Numbered from the stretch's first letter, positions 1 through 14,742 are shown. The stretch is 64,000 nt of DNA from Octopus sinensis (GCF_006345805.1 NC_043004.1:67952001-68016000), one strand, 5' to 3'. Made by a program: numbers and translations. The notes: generated by a model from the sequence alone, not told the origin.

Positions 1-80
1 CATATAATGACATTGAAATTGACTGCAATATATTGACAGATCTTTCGCTGGACAATAGCGTGTATACGAGCCTATACGTG

Positions 81-200
<120 letters not shown>

Positions 201-544
201 GCATGTGTATAAGTGCGTGTGTGCGCATGTGTATGTATGTTCTTGTAAGTCGTAGGAAAAGTTTTATATTTATGTATATAATTATACGAAAGTGCACTGA
301 AAGGGTCCAGGCTTTAGAGGCATCAAAAAATTCTTGGTTGGAAGCCCAACTTTCCGTAGTCTTTAACATGGCTTAGAATACATATAGGACTTCTGTAATA
401 AGTGTGAGAATCTGAGAGGGGAAATGATGTCGAATAAAATCATAATTAATTGATCCTCCTATATTTTTTTTTTATCCGAAGCCAGTTCAGTTCTATCTTT
501 ATATATATCACCATCCTTGTTTAAGTATATTTAACGAAACAATT

Positions 545-820
545 ATGTTTCCATAGGTGAATTATTCGAACTCCAAAGGATCCCTCTCAACACATGCCTA
601 TGATGCTCCTACTCGTAATCAGAGATGCACATATCATCAGCCACTAAGTGACATGCTCAACGAGTTACGGTCAAATAATTAACAAGCAAATATGTGGTAT
701 TGAGCAGAATATTTGCTGTAGCCCATCTTTTATACCAAGGCAAAACAATGTAACTAATAACACTTCCTATCAGTTAAGATGGGAAGCCACTAGAGCCACT
801 GCCTGGTACAGCATCAGGGC
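545..820 (-). mobile_element. Same non-coding repeat, partial copy A
   Basis: Matches 63300-63556 (e.g. GTGGTATTGAGCAGAATATTTGCTGTAGCCCATCTTTT); adjacent ATT-rich tract 821-850. Confidence 0.75.
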
Positions 821-1016
821 ATTTATTATCATTATTAATATTATTATTGTTGCTGTTGCTGTTCTTGTTGTTCAGGTCACTGCTTGGAATGGAACTCGGA
901 ATCGTAGGGTTAGTAGCCCGAGCTCTTAACCACTACGGCATATGACGTAGTGGGCATATGGCATACTGGTTACTAACCCCAAAATTCCGAGTTCCATTCC
1001 AAACTATGACCTGAGC

Positions 1017-1061
<45 letters not shown>

Positions 1062-1062
<1 letters not shown>

Positions 1063-1642
1063 TTCACAGACATGACAGAGTTGGAACCTACATACATTGG
1101 AAGCTATGCCAACATTATGGAATGACAACAGAAAAAAGATGGTATAGGCACACACCAGAAAAGGTCACAGAAAACGAGAAAGCAACCATACTCTGGGATA
1201 TGCCGATACACACAGATAGAGAAATAAAGGCCAACAGGCCAGATATAGTTGTCAGCGATCATGAAGAAAAAAATGCTTTCTAATTGATGTATCAATACCG
1301 GCAGATGACAACGTGTCTCTAAAAGAAATGGAGAAACCTCAAAATACAAAGACCTGGAAATAGAGGTAACCAGAATGGAATCTGAAAACAGAAACAATTC
1401 CTATCATAGTAGGTGCATTAGGCATGATAAAAAATATTCAGACAAATACATAACAAAAACACCAGGACTTACAAACACATATAACATACAGAAAATTGCA
1501 CTACTAGGCACTGCACACATCCTACGCAGAACACGTTCCATACAATAACCATCAGAGCATCACAACAAATCACAGCACATACCCAAGGCACACAGAGCTG
1601 CGCTCGGTAGTGAAGTGAAAGCACGCTATAAAAATAAAACTA

Positions 1643-1647
<5 letters not shown>
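1062..1647 (+). mobile_element. 5'-truncated RLE-type (R4/Dong-like) non-LTR retrotransposon 3' end
   Basis: Manual translation from ~1065: HRHDRVGTYIHWKLCQHYG...ILWDMPIHTDREIKANRPDIVV...IDVSIPADDN...KYKDLEIE...IVGALG...QKIALLGTAHILRR, with small frameshifts and stop at 1546-1548; RHD/RPD/KY motifs of the restriction-like endonuclease; (TAA)n on both sides. Confidence 0.88.
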
Positions 1648-1706
<59 letters not shown>

Positions 1707-2138
1707 GCCACAGATTTGCTTTTCAGTTGTTTGACCGTAACCAGTTGAGCATGTCCCTTAGTGGCTGACGATATGTGCATCTCTGATCACGAGCAGAAGT
1801 AGTGGGGGAGCATCATAGCCATGTGTTGAGAGGGAGTCTTTGGGATTTGAATAATTCACCTCTGGAAACATGGGTGGTTCTTTCAACATCGTTAAACAAC
1901 CCTTATTCAGGGACCTTTTGAGCGGGATGGGCTACTCAACCTGAGGAAAATTCTAACTGGGCCCCACCTGCAAGGTCATGTGCTGTTTATCTTGATATGA
2001 GATCACCATGTCGCGCACATATGGTTGTGATGCATGTGCCTGGTGTACCCTTATCAGACGGGTAGTCATGATGGGTATATTGGGCTTCGTATATTTTACC
2101 CCAGTGTCACTTTGATGGCATGCACTAATCTCTCACAC
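1707..2138 (+). mobile_element. Non-coding interspersed repeat ending in (AAT)n, copy B (5'-truncated)
   Basis: High similarity, inverted, to 63031-63556 and 545-820; starts right after (TAA)n and ends in (AAT)n at 2139-2158. Confidence 0.8.
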
Positions 2139-2159
2139 AATAATAATAATAGTAATAAC

Positions 2160-2285
2160 ATCGAAAAGTACCAGGTTCGAAATTTCCCCAAGATACCTGA
2201 AGAAGGATGCAGGGTATATCAGCCGAAACGCTGTGTTAACAACAAACAAGATGAGGACAAATATCCGTCGGTAATAATGTAAATA
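2160..2285 (+). mobile_element. Penelope-type terminal (pLTR-like) fragment with hammerhead-like core
   Basis: CCTGAAGAAGGATG...CAGCCGAAACG motif at 2196-2230; family assignment is inference. Confidence 0.5.
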
Positions 2286-2559
2286 AAATCCTGTGGAAAT
2301 TTTATAGTTTTTATGACATCCCGAGCATCTTAGGACATCAGTGAGATTTCCAGAAGCGGAAGTGAAATTGGATTTATTTTTGAAATGTTACCTTTTTTAA
2401 AATTGAATTTTGAACCTTCTAAAATATTGCAACCTGTTCCGCAGTTAGGACAACCACATTCTTTTACTCTTAGGCCCGTTATCTTCTAGAATAATTTAGC
2501 TTTTTATGTCTTTTTATGAATTTCCTTCACTTTGGGGTCCTTATGGAGCATTGGGAGAC

Positions 2560-3075
2560 ATGCAGGAAGTAGAAAGACACCGTTAATTTTCAAAATCTTC
2601 TATTTGATATTCATTGGTTGAAGGAGAGGCTTACTTATAGCTGCTTGTCCATAATGCCCAGATATGTAACACATGTTCTTGGACTAACTTGTTGCTGTTT
2701 TGCAATGTCAGAAGCCTTTGAACAAAGTTCTTTTTCCATAATTCTCTTCAAACAGTGAAGCTTCCTTTCCAACGGCCCAGGTCGGCCGGGACGCGTATCT
2801 GTTGATTGTTTTCCTTGGCTTTTGAATTTCACTATAATTCTATTAACAGTAGCAAGAGGAATTTGAAAATTTTCGGCAATTTTTCGATGGCTAGGACCAG
2901 CCTCAGATTGCCCAACAACACGACCACTTTGAAAATCTGACAGTTCTGCTGAATTTTTTGTGCGTGACATGGTCACTCTTCACAAATGTTTAATATAATG
3001 GCAACTGGAAAAAGAAAACCAGAATTACATTGTAAATTCTACACCACTGAAAACATATTAGGAGCGTAGATCAGA
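2560..3075 (-). mobile_element. Tc1-family transposase N-terminal (HTH) fragment
   Basis: ORF 2635-2976: [20 protein letters not shown]...TVNRII.KFK....RPGRP; no catalytic domain; boundaries uncertain. Confidence 0.8.
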
Positions 3076-3329
3076 GCTTTTGAAATTTAAAGGTGTCTAT
3101 TTACTTCCTGCATGTCTGTGTAGATACGTATGTACATATACATACATACATCTATAAATATATGTACATGAACATGCATATACATATAAATGCATTTGTG
3201 TGTGTATGTGTGTGCGTGTATGTATATATTCGTACATACTAACACACACACGGACATAAAAGGCACACATTTACTTGGACACAGTGTGACAGATTGACAA
3301 ACAGACAGACAGACATACAGCCATGCATA

Positions 3330-3360
3330 CATACATACAGACAGACAGATATATAGATAC

Positions 3361-3403
<43 letters not shown>

Positions 3404-3441
3404 CATACATACATACATACATACAGAGAGAGAGAGGAATG

Positions 3442-3498
<57 letters not shown>

Positions 3499-3514
3499 TT
3501 ATATAAATAAATAA

Positions 3515-3592
<78 letters not shown>

Positions 3593-3605
3593 GGATAGAT
3601 AGATG

Positions 3606-3696
<91 letters not shown>

Positions 3697-3730
3697 GGAT
3701 AGATAGATAGATAGACGGTTAGATAGATCG
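3330..3730. repeat. (GATA)n/(CATA)n microsatellite block
   Basis: Direct reading. Confidence 0.98.
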
Positions 3731-5399
3731 AACACGAAATCTTTAAAAAGTTTTTTGACAGTTAACTTTTTTCACATTTCCTGTTTATTTATTTGTTTTT
3801 TTAATAACATTTGGTTTGATATGTAGAACTGTACTTGTCTAAGTTTTTAGTGGGTGTTTATCATAGAATTTCGCCTGACAGGTCTTCCTACTTTACAGTG
3901 GTAGCTGTCAAATACAAACGTCTCTTTTACTTTTTAAAGATTTGTTTACTCATTTGAAATTGCAAATATTCTAGCCACACACACATGAATTTAATAATGA
4001 ATTCTAGATGTTCCCTCTCAGAAACACACTGAATATCATAACCTACAAAACAACACTCGTAAAAATATACTGAAATATAAACACTTTCCTAGAACCATAC
4101 CAAAGCACCTAAGACAAGAAGTATTTTTAGAATGGGGGAATCATGAAATAATTTGTTTTTGTATTTAGTTGGTAAGATTCTTCATATTCAATCACTTATT
4201 GAAACGTAATTGATTAGATGGCATAAGCAACTAAATATCCCAACTAAGTTAGATTGAGGGAAAAAATTAATCAAATTTTCAGTTATTTAATTCGCTTAAT
4301 ATTTAACCAATTGAATTGTAATAAAAAGGAAGTGAACAATAAACAATGTGTAGGATGATTATTGGTATAATGACCCTCCCGTGAGACAACAAAGCCCGAA
4401 ATAATTACGTTTTTAGAAGCAATTACAAGCATCTTTACATATCTTATAAAAATTGCTGGATGAACTGAATCTAGAACGAAGAAACGAATCAAGTAAAAGT
4501 CGTATCATCAAAACTAAACAACAAAATGGCAGAAAGATCAAAGTCAATGGGCAAACGCAAACCAATGAATAAATAGAAGCATGAGAATGTACCACACCAT
4601 TAAAAATAAATATACAAAATACAACGAGTTCTGTTATCGTCTGAGATCAGAGTGGAGTGAAACACGAAACTTCAGATCGATATTTTCCTTCAGGAATCTG
4701 TATGTATATCAGGTATTGAGCACGTTTTTCACATTCGTTCTTATAAAGCTCTGTATATGAGTAATGCATATATAGATTTGTATAGGGAGACAAACAAGTT
4801 AACCAGAACTCCATCCGCATTCAGAAACAAAAGTACATAAACACACACACATACACTCACTCACACACACAAGCACACATATATATTTACACATACATAC
4901 ATGTATATATATATATACATACATACATATATATATATATACATGTATGAATGTATGATTGTGTATACATACATACATACATACATATATGCATATGTAT
5001 GCTTCAGTTTAAATATATGTGTACATATATATGTGTATTGAATGTGTGCGAATGTATCTACGCATATATGTATAAATGTATACCTATACAATCATGTGTG
5101 TGTGTGTGTTAACTTCGTTCTTGTTTCAATGATACGACCAATTTGTTATAATGACTTTATATATAATAGTCCATTGTTCTCTTATTTTCCCGATGACAAA
5201 TAATATCAAGTATTGCTATCGACTGGACGCAATGCTTATGAATTTATACATATTTTAGCAATAACTTTTAATAATATCGTCGTACGCTCATAATTACTTC
5301 GTTAAACTCTCTGAATAAATTACTTATCTAGCAATTATCAAATTAGATGCTACGTATGAGGGAAGATAATTGAAAACAGACATATATCACAGACCACAA

Positions 5400-5450
<51 letters not shown>

Positions 5451-6406
5451 TTGTGTGTGTGTGTGTGTGTGCGCGCGCATATACACACGCATATATGTAT
5501 GTATGCGTGTATATGTACATGTGTATGTGTATGGTTAAGCTTAAATATATATATAGAGACGTACGTTGTATGTATGTATATATATATATATTATATATAT
5601 ATATATATATGTATACGGACATATCTACATATATACGTACATGTCTATATATCTCTTGATGTCTATATATCTATCTATGCATATATACATATATACACAG
5701 GCGGAACACATTTAATCGGACATTTACTAATGCAATTATATAGTACAGACACCCTCAGAATGACAAAGATACATACATACACCCCTACATATATTTACAT
5801 ATATATCACATAAATACACACACACACAAAATTATACACACTCCCATATCACTCGAATTCTTGACGACCAATCAGTATTTCCCTGTTCAGCTCTCTATGT
5901 ATCTAACTTCATATACAATTAGAGCAAAACAGATATAGACAGACTGATAGTCAGGGACGTAGATAATACGAGAGACTAAGAAATGGTCACAGATATCGAC
6001 AAATCGAGAAATATAACTTGATCTAGATAAATAGAGAAAGACAGAGAGACAAAGAGCTACTTACATATATACGAACATAATAATACACACATAAACACAT
6101 ACATATTAACATATGCATATATAGGTAAATGTATGTATATATGTACCTACGTGGACATTTATACAGACACACGCACTCACACACACACATACATACATAT
6201 ACATATACATATCATGAATATCAATGACGTTGTTGTCAACGTTCTTGTGGTTGTAGCTGTTGATAATGGTGCTGCCTATCCTATGAAATATTGCATCTTA
6301 TCGATAATTCTCCGCTCCTAAATGAGAGTATTAGCAATTCAATTATCTTACTAAAGTTTACAAGAGAATGATTCTGAAATTATTCTATTTCTACTCCTAT
6401 TCTCTC

Positions 6407-6453
<47 letters not shown>

Positions 6454-6472
6454 ATATATATATATATATATA

Positions 6473-6519
<47 letters not shown>

Positions 6520-6563
6520 ATATATATATATAATATATAAAATATTATTTGAGACAAAACCAC

Positions 6564-6598
<35 letters not shown>

Positions 6599-7407
6599 AG
6601 AAATATATATAATTGCAAACGTCTGCTCGCGTACGCGTACTCATACGTTCATCTTTATACACAAACAGATATCAACTATTCGTGTTCATAATCTCGTATT
6701 GTTACACGTCTAGGACGTTGAACTAGTGAGAATGATGTGATTACGACAACTTGTCCTGGAAGTTCTTGAATTAGAATCAACTTAAAATGATGTGTTTGTC
6801 ACGGAATGCTGGGTGAGTTACAAAGAAATCGAACGCTTACGGAGGCAGTTTTTGCTGTAATAAACGCCCTTAGTAGGAAAATCGGTTCGCATGAATAAGA
6901 GGAAAGCCTTCCAAAAATGATATGACCTGATAGAATAAGCTATCAAAACTACTTTAGACCAAACTATACCAATTTAAATAATCGTTTCTGAAGAACAGCA
7001 AGTTTGAAATGTTGTAGGCCAATATCTTTCCTCTCAGTATTTGAGTGACACTTTACTTTGTAGACCTTCGATAGTACAGAAGGCAAAATTGGCCCCAGCA
7101 TAATTTGAATATAAAGTGTAAGACATTTGTCCAACGCCCTAAAGATTTTGCCAGTTTGATATTTTTATTAAATTGGAATCTAAAGTCAAAAATGTGGTGG
7201 AATGGCAATATAGGCAATCTTTTTCGCAAAGCGATCCGCTTGAGACATGGCACATTGTCAAGTGCACCGAACTACTAAAATGTTCAAGGTTGTTTTTCAT
7301 TAAGATGTAACATCTAAAATATCTTGTGGACCACATGATAGCCATGTCTGGCTTAGATACCGATATGAGAGATAGTGACAAATGCTGTTCGCAGTATTTT
7401 GACTGAA

Positions 7408-7551
<144 letters not shown>

Positions 7552-7559
7552 TAATGCGC

Positions 7560-7848
7560 TTTACCACAGTTTTTTTTAGCTCCTGGACTCGAACGTGCGT
7601 AGAGCGCTTGCTACCAGTAGCCTACGATACCATACTATCCGTTCTTTTCAGCTAATACTTTTCTGATTATTCCGGCCGTGCCAAGTAGACAAACCCTTTG
7701 TAACAGTTCTACTGAGCATTCTATACCGATTTCCTTTATATTCCCCTTGATGTCTTCCGATACTCTTCCTGAGGATGCAACAATAACTGGCTCTATTTTT
7801 GCCTCCTTCATTTTCCATAGCCGGGCTATTTCGTACTTAAGAGTTCTA
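7560..7848 (-). mobile_element. RLE-type LINE 3' fragment (family 2)
   Basis: LKYEIARLWKMKEAKIEPVIVASSGRV...LQRVCLLGTAGIIRKVL, homologous to the C-terminus at 1062-1548. Confidence 0.75.
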
Positions 7849-7861
7849 TTATCATTATTAT

Positions 7862-8290
7862 ACCTTCGTAACATAGTGTAGGTAAAAATGCACCAGAGTC
7901 TTTAGTCATCTGTTAAGTCACAACAAGGACCTCAGAGATAATACTTTCCTCAAGATCTGCACTGTGCCCAGTAAGGCTTCTTTTTGCAAAACATCAATCT
8001 TGCATGGGATTTCCAGTTGCTTTGGGAAGTCTTGAAGTTTCAATGGGGTTCGGCCCAACGCTCCGGTCCCCACTAGTATCACTTTTGCATTACCCACTCG
8101 CATTCCATACAATCTTGCCATTTCCAATTTCATTTCGGAGTAGTTGGTGGGGTTTTTTTAACTTCTTTACTCACAACATTCACCATTTAAGTACCTATCC
8201 TCGAGATACGTACTTGATTGGAACAGTATTTGTCGATCCCGCTGTGATGAAATGCAAAGCTGACCTTGAGGTCTGAATTCTGGCTATTCT
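7862..8290 (-). mobile_element. RLE-type LINE 3' fragment (family 3)
   Basis: MKLEMARLYG...VILVGTGALG...LQKEALLGTVQILRKVLSL; ends in a short ATAATAATGATAAT tail before the next fragment. Confidence 0.75.
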
Positions 8291-8779
8291 GCTTAAGTCA
8301 ACTTTACTTTGGTTTCTATAAATATCCAATAAAATGAATTATTAACCTACTACTGAGAACAATGGAATCGACCGACTTTATCACTCTATATTTGATGGAT
8401 TTGTACCTAAGTCAGAAACATCTATGCTTTATTTTTTCCGAACGTTTTTCTAAATTCAAACACCGCCAACGTCAACTATGCTTTTCCTTACACTAGAATC
8501 AAAGACAAGTACCTAGTCTTTCGGGTGATGGCATCGACTAATCCCTCCTCCTCAAAAATGCTTCTTTGTTGCTTTTATTATTTTTCTTGGATTGTGGATG
8601 GTAGAATCGTAGCACATCGGGCAATATATAGCTTGTATACTAAATTAGATCTTTTTCCGTTATGAGTTGGAATTGCTTTCATTTTGAGCGCTCAGGGGTG
8701 GGAAATTGGCATCGACTTAATATACAACATCAGTGAAATATAGAGATTACATAGAGTTGAACACTGTAGATCTCAAACA

Positions 8780-9330
8780 GCCAGAAAGTTTGTTATGCAC
8801 TATATACGGATTCAGGAAGGAATGTTAAATGAATTTTGGTTTGCGAAATGTTACCTAGGTAATTTTGAAGAGAGGAAAATTAATTAAAGCCACTAATAAC
8901 AAGTCAGATAACGAAGTAGAGATAAGAGGATTAAACCAAATACCTAGAAATTAATTATCTAGAAAGACTGGAGCGCATGCCGATGAAAGAAAAGGTTACA
9001 AATAGATATTATAGGCGCATTAGATTAATCCTTAAAACTGAGCTAAATGTCAAAAATAGCATTACTCTGTTTCAGTTAATATGTTAAAGTTATGCTATTC
9101 TGAACGTGGAGCTAAGTGAATTAGCAAGATCAAATAGGAAAACAAGGAAAGTAATAACTGCAGTTAGAACACAGTAACCACAAACAGACAAAGATAGATT
9201 ACGTTCACTCTGAACACTGAGAAATTTCTAATAGCTATTGCCAGACTACAAATGTCTTTAGCGGTGGAAAAAAGTATAAACTAATATAAATATATATAAA
9301 TACTTAAAAGTAAACTATAATTCCGCCGAT
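8780..9330 (+). mobile_element. Degraded RLE-type LINE, RT C-terminal/thumb region
   Basis: Manual translation KYLEI...MKEKVTNRYYRRIRLILKTELNVKNSIT...RKTRKVIT...DKDRL with stops and frameshifts. Confidence 0.6.
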
Positions 9331-10525
9331 AAAGAATGAGAGATAGAAAGAGAGAGGCTGTCAGATATAAGACAGAGGTGAAGATTAAGAATGGGGTGGA
9401 TGGAAGGAAGCTAAATTGTGCATCCAACGGTTACGGTTTGGCAATTTGTATCGTGGTTTTGGTATTCTTTTTTCGGTGCTTCAACAGTCGCGAAAGTCAC
9501 CCTCTTGGCTCCCCTCTAGAATGTGACAGTTGGATTTGTGGAGCGTTTTACCAAAACTCTGTCACATTGTATTACAAGTGAATAGCCGGAAACAACGTGA
9601 AACGGAGTTTATTGCTGAAAAACACAATGCACAGTTCGATCCAGGGATTGAACACAAGATTTTTATATCGTTAGCCCAACATCCTCAGCAAAGAATCAGT
9701 AGGATACAAGTGACAGTTCCAATAGAGTTGGCAAAAGTTATGAAGTAATTGGCTTTTCTTCACAACAACTAGAAAACCATGAAAGAAGGACAGCATGGCC
9801 GGAGGGAAAAAAACCACAGGGCTTATGGATGTGGGAATGTCACGAGGAATAGGTTTAATGAAAATAGTTTCTTACTACAGTATGCCTAAATTATGATGAA
9901 ATATATTGATTTATTTAATGAATTGAAATCATTAAGCTTTCTATGACATATGTCTCCAATATTCTGTTTCAATTCAAGCAAATGGAAAGCTACACAGCCG
10001 CTTGTGCAAAGGTAATCGCATATCTATATTTTCGAAAACAGCAATGGGAAAGGTCAATGATAAATAGAATCATTAATAAATAGCTTTTTTAAGACGCATT
10101 AAATGGAGTTTTTTAATTATAATTATTTTTATTAATTTTTATCTTATTATTATTTTTAAAGCGGCGTAGTGGCAGGGTCGATGGCGCATCGAACAAAATG
10201 CTTAGAGGTATTCTTCTGAGTCTTTAGGTTCTGATTTCAAATTCTGCAAAGATGACGATATTTTAATTTGTGGGATGGAGGTGACAATAGAATAAGCATC
10301 AGCTGATCGACTGAGAAGAAAAGAAAGAAGAACGGAAAGAGGACTAAGATAAACAACAACAATAAGGATAAAATGTATAACATAATGATTTATACTTCAT
10401 CTCGTTCTTCAAACTACGAGCTTATTAGGTAAACTACGTTAAAATTATGCGTCATACTTATTTTCGGGGGCCAAACCACATCTGGCCAACCCATCTCTCT
10501 CTCTCTCGCTCTCTCTCTCTCTATA

Positions 10526-10559
<34 letters not shown>

Positions 10560-11941
10560 CCCCTCTCTACCTCTCTCTTTATCCCTCTCTGTTTTTCTTC
10601 TTCCTCTCTACCTGTGGCGCATTCTGGATATTCCCTGCGAAATGGGACGGGTGTATGAAAGAGGTATAGTGGATTCGCGACTATACCGCCATTAAAAACA
10701 GAAAGAATATATCCATTCTAAAAGTACATGGCAATAGTCTACGTAGTCCGTAGCAGATGCACAAAAAGGAAGGTTGGTCATTGCTGGAACGCCTTTCATC
10801 ATAGAGATGATAGGGTGGTTTGATCTGTACTGCTTTGAAGCTAACGTTAACAAGGAAAACAATTAGGATAAAATATACACCTGAAACAATAAGGAAGAAT
10901 AAGAAAACAAAAAATATATAATCAATAGATAAGGATAGCCATTATTGGTCATTTTACTAGAATTTCTATAGCTCGCCTTTAGCTATATTGCTCTTGATTG
11001 TTATACTGTTTCAGACTGGTTGTATAATCAATTTCAATGGACGGTCATTAAGCATTCATGTAAATAGTTTGTTAAGCTCTGGCCAGGTACGATACTATGA
11101 TGGGCCCTTTAAGAGTAAGAATAGATAGCTGTATGATAGGAATATCTGTTACAGACTGACGCGTATAAATGGCCTCTAAATATATAATGCACTCAGGCCT
11201 GTGCAAGGATTCGTTTGTGCACACGTGTGCGTTTATGTGTATGTAGGAGGACTGAACTAAATTCTGGTTGTCGTTGGCAACCGGTGACTTTGTAACCTAT
11301 ATTCTCCTCTCACTAATTCTCGTAAGTGTTCATGTAATTGCGAAACAGATGCAGGCGTCCTCTTGGTTCTCTCACCCTTTGCCCTAAGCAGAACATCTAG
11401 AAAGTGTTAATGCGAAAGAGGATGTGCTGCACCAACAATGAGCAGAAACCATTCATTCGCTCACCACCCGTGTGTGAGTGCGTGAGTGGGTGTATGTGTG
11501 TGTATGTGCCTGTGTATTCCACTTGACACTCACACACATATAGAGGTATAGATAGATATATGTAAACACCTGCATACATATTATATATATATATATATAT
11601 ATTTCGGCTAATCTAGAAACGTGACGTTCTCAAATGATCTTTGTACTTGTGTTATTTTGCTGTTTTACCTCCATATCTTTGTGAGTTATTTTTGAGTAAA
11701 CATTATCTGGGAGAATTCTTCTTAAAGTAGTGGAAATAGCTAAAAAACATTTTGGCTGCTATTTCTAAAAATTTCAGTATGTGGCAAAGTAATTTATTTT
11801 ACTAAGCCCTAATTATATAATGTAATATTTTGAATACGCCTTAAATGGTCCTTTTACATACTGAACACTACTTGGTGAAATTGATTAATAACTAATTAAT
11901 TTTACCCTCAATTATTGATATTATATATATATATGTACATA

Positions 11942-11959
<18 letters not shown>

Positions 11960-11977
<18 letters not shown>

Positions 11978-12359
11978 ATGTGTGTGTGTGTGTGCAGGTG
12001 TGTGCACATGTGTTTGTGTGAAGGCACATGGCTTACTAACTACAGGGCTCAAAATTTTGACGTAGTGAGTTCAATTCCTGGACGGGCCTGTGTGTTCTCT
12101 TGTTGTAACGTTACTGGTGCCAAGCTGTATCGACGGATTTTTTATTTTCCCTGAGATAACATCGCTGGCGTGGCGAAGGGGGGTTGGACTGCATGGCCGA
12201 CTGCTGAGCTCCCAGAAGCATTCTTGCCCGAACTTATGCCTCGGAGGGTAAGTTTCTAGGTGAAATCCCATGTTTTATTTCCTAACCCAAGAGTGTCTTT
12301 ACACGTTATACACACATACACATGCACACACACACACACACACACTCACACACATACAA

Positions 12360-12392
<33 letters not shown>

Positions 12393-13204
12393 CACTTAAA
12401 TAACATCGGTGGCGTGAAGAAGGGAGGCTGGTTTGCATGGCCGACGGTTGGTCTTCCGCAAACAACTTCACTTCAACTTGTACCTCGGAGAATACCTTTG
12501 TAGGTACATATCCGAAGTGGATTTGCCCTTTAAATATAAATATATATACATATTATATGTATATATTTATTCCCCTGCTCAAATATTTAAATATGTACAC
12601 ACAGGTACACCACTATACGCATGTAGGTATGTATATAATTTTCGAAAGGAACAGACACACACACAAACTGACAGAAATTATCGAAGTTATTAAACACGAT
12701 AAAACGCTTGTTGTTGTTTTTTTTTTTATTTTGTTATGAATGCATTACGCCAGTAACGATGTATGACACGTTAAAATACTTGGAAATCTGAAGGCTAAAA
12801 CATTATTATATACATTAACGATTGCACCCACTAGTAACTTTAGAATTAATGGCCTTTATAGTACCTCCGCCACGTCTGCAACACGTCACCCATTGGACAC
12901 CTTAACCACCATCATCATTTTTTTTTCTCCATTTTGCTAATACCACAATACAGGCATTATAAATATAATCAGAATGCTATTTTTTTTTCTTTTGGACATC
13001 ATTGTCTGTATTAATGTCGTTTCACATCAACAGCGACATCATCAACAACAGCACTGTTATCAATTGAACACTATCATCACCGCTGATATCATCAGTCAAC
13101 AACATCATTAATTCGATTGCTTCCCACTTCTCAACTTCCTCAACATCACTCGCCATTAAAAGACACATACGAACATATACATACATACATATATATATAT
13201 ATAG

Positions 13205-13256
<52 letters not shown>

Positions 13257-13635
13257 ATGTGTGTGTGTGTGTGCAGGTGTGTGCACATGTGTTTGTGTGA
13301 AGGCACATGGCTTACTAACTACAGGGCTCAAAATTTTGACGTAGTGAGTTCAATTCCTGGACGGGCCTGTGTGTTCTCTTGTTGTAACGTTACTGGTGCC
13401 AAGCTGTATCGACGGATTTTTTATTTTCCCTGAGATAACATCGCTGGCGTGGCGAGGGGGGTTGGACTGCATGGCCGACTGCTGAGCTCCCAGAAGCATT
13501 CTTGCCCGAACTTATGCCTCGGAGGGTAAGTTTCTAGTGAAATCCCATGTTTTATTTCCTAACCCAGAGTGTCTTTACACGTTATACACACATACACATG
13601 CACACACACACACACACACACTCACACACATACAA

Positions 13636-13666
<31 letters not shown>

Positions 13667-14469
13667 CACTTAAATAACATCGGTGGCGTGAAGAAGGGAG
13701 GCTGGTTTGCATGGCCGACGGTTGGTCTTCCGCAAACAACTTCACTTCAACTTGTACCTCGGAGAATACCTTTGTAGGTACATATCCGAAGTGGGATTTG
13801 CCCTTTAAATATAAATATATATACAATATTATATGTATATATTTATTCCCCTGCTCAAATATTTAAATATGTACACACAGGTACACCACTATACGCATGT
13901 AGGTATGTATATAATTTTCGAAAGGAACAGACACACACACAAACTGACAGAAATTATCGAAGTTATTAAACACGATAAAACGCTTGTTGTTGTTTTTTTT
14001 TTTATTTTTTGTTATGAATGCATTACGCCAGTAACGATGTATGACACGTTAAAATACTTGGAAATCTGAAGGCTAAAACATTATTATATACATTAACGAT
14101 TGCACCCACTAGTAACTTTAGAATTAATGGCCTTTATAGTACCTCCGCCACGTCTGCAACACGTCACCCATTGGACACCTTAACCACCATCATCATTTTT
14201 TTTTCTCCATTTTGCTAATACCACAATACAGGCATTATAAATATAATCAGAATGCTATTTTTTTTTCTTTTGGACATCATTGTCTGTATTAATGTCGTTT
14301 CACATCAACAGCGACATCATCAACAACAGCACTGTTATCAATTGAACACTATCATCACCGCTGATATCATCAGTCAACAACATCATTAATTCGATTGCTT
14401 CCCACTTCTCAACTTCCTCAACATCACTCGCCATTAAAAGACACATACGAACATATACATACATACATA

Positions 14470-14470
<1 letters not shown>
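11960..14470. repeat. Direct tandem duplication, unit ~1.28 kb, two copies
   Basis: 12002 aligns to 13281 and 13021 to 14299; duplicated ORF-track entries; (TA)n at the junctions. Confidence 0.95.
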
Positions 14471-14505
<35 letters not shown>

Positions 14506-14529
14506 TATATATATATAATATATATATAT

Positions 14530-14570
<41 letters not shown>

Positions 14571-14571
<1 letters not shown>

Positions 14572-14742
14572 CACCGTGACCACCGAGACCACCGTGACCG
14601 ACCAGGCTATCAGATGTTGCTACACATCGCTGGTCACAATGCGTTTCGCATTGTTTTAACCTTCGAATTACGCCACCCCGCTGGCTAAGCGAGCAGGCCA
14701 ACAGAAGGAAGTGGGATAGAAAGTTGTGGCGAAAGAGTACGA
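14571..14742 (-). mobile_element. tRNA-Arg-like SINE, 3' portion
   Basis: Shares GTGACCGACCAGGCTATCAGATGTTGCTACACATCGCTGGTCAC with 32931 and 40606; abuts (TA)n. Confidence 0.8.
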
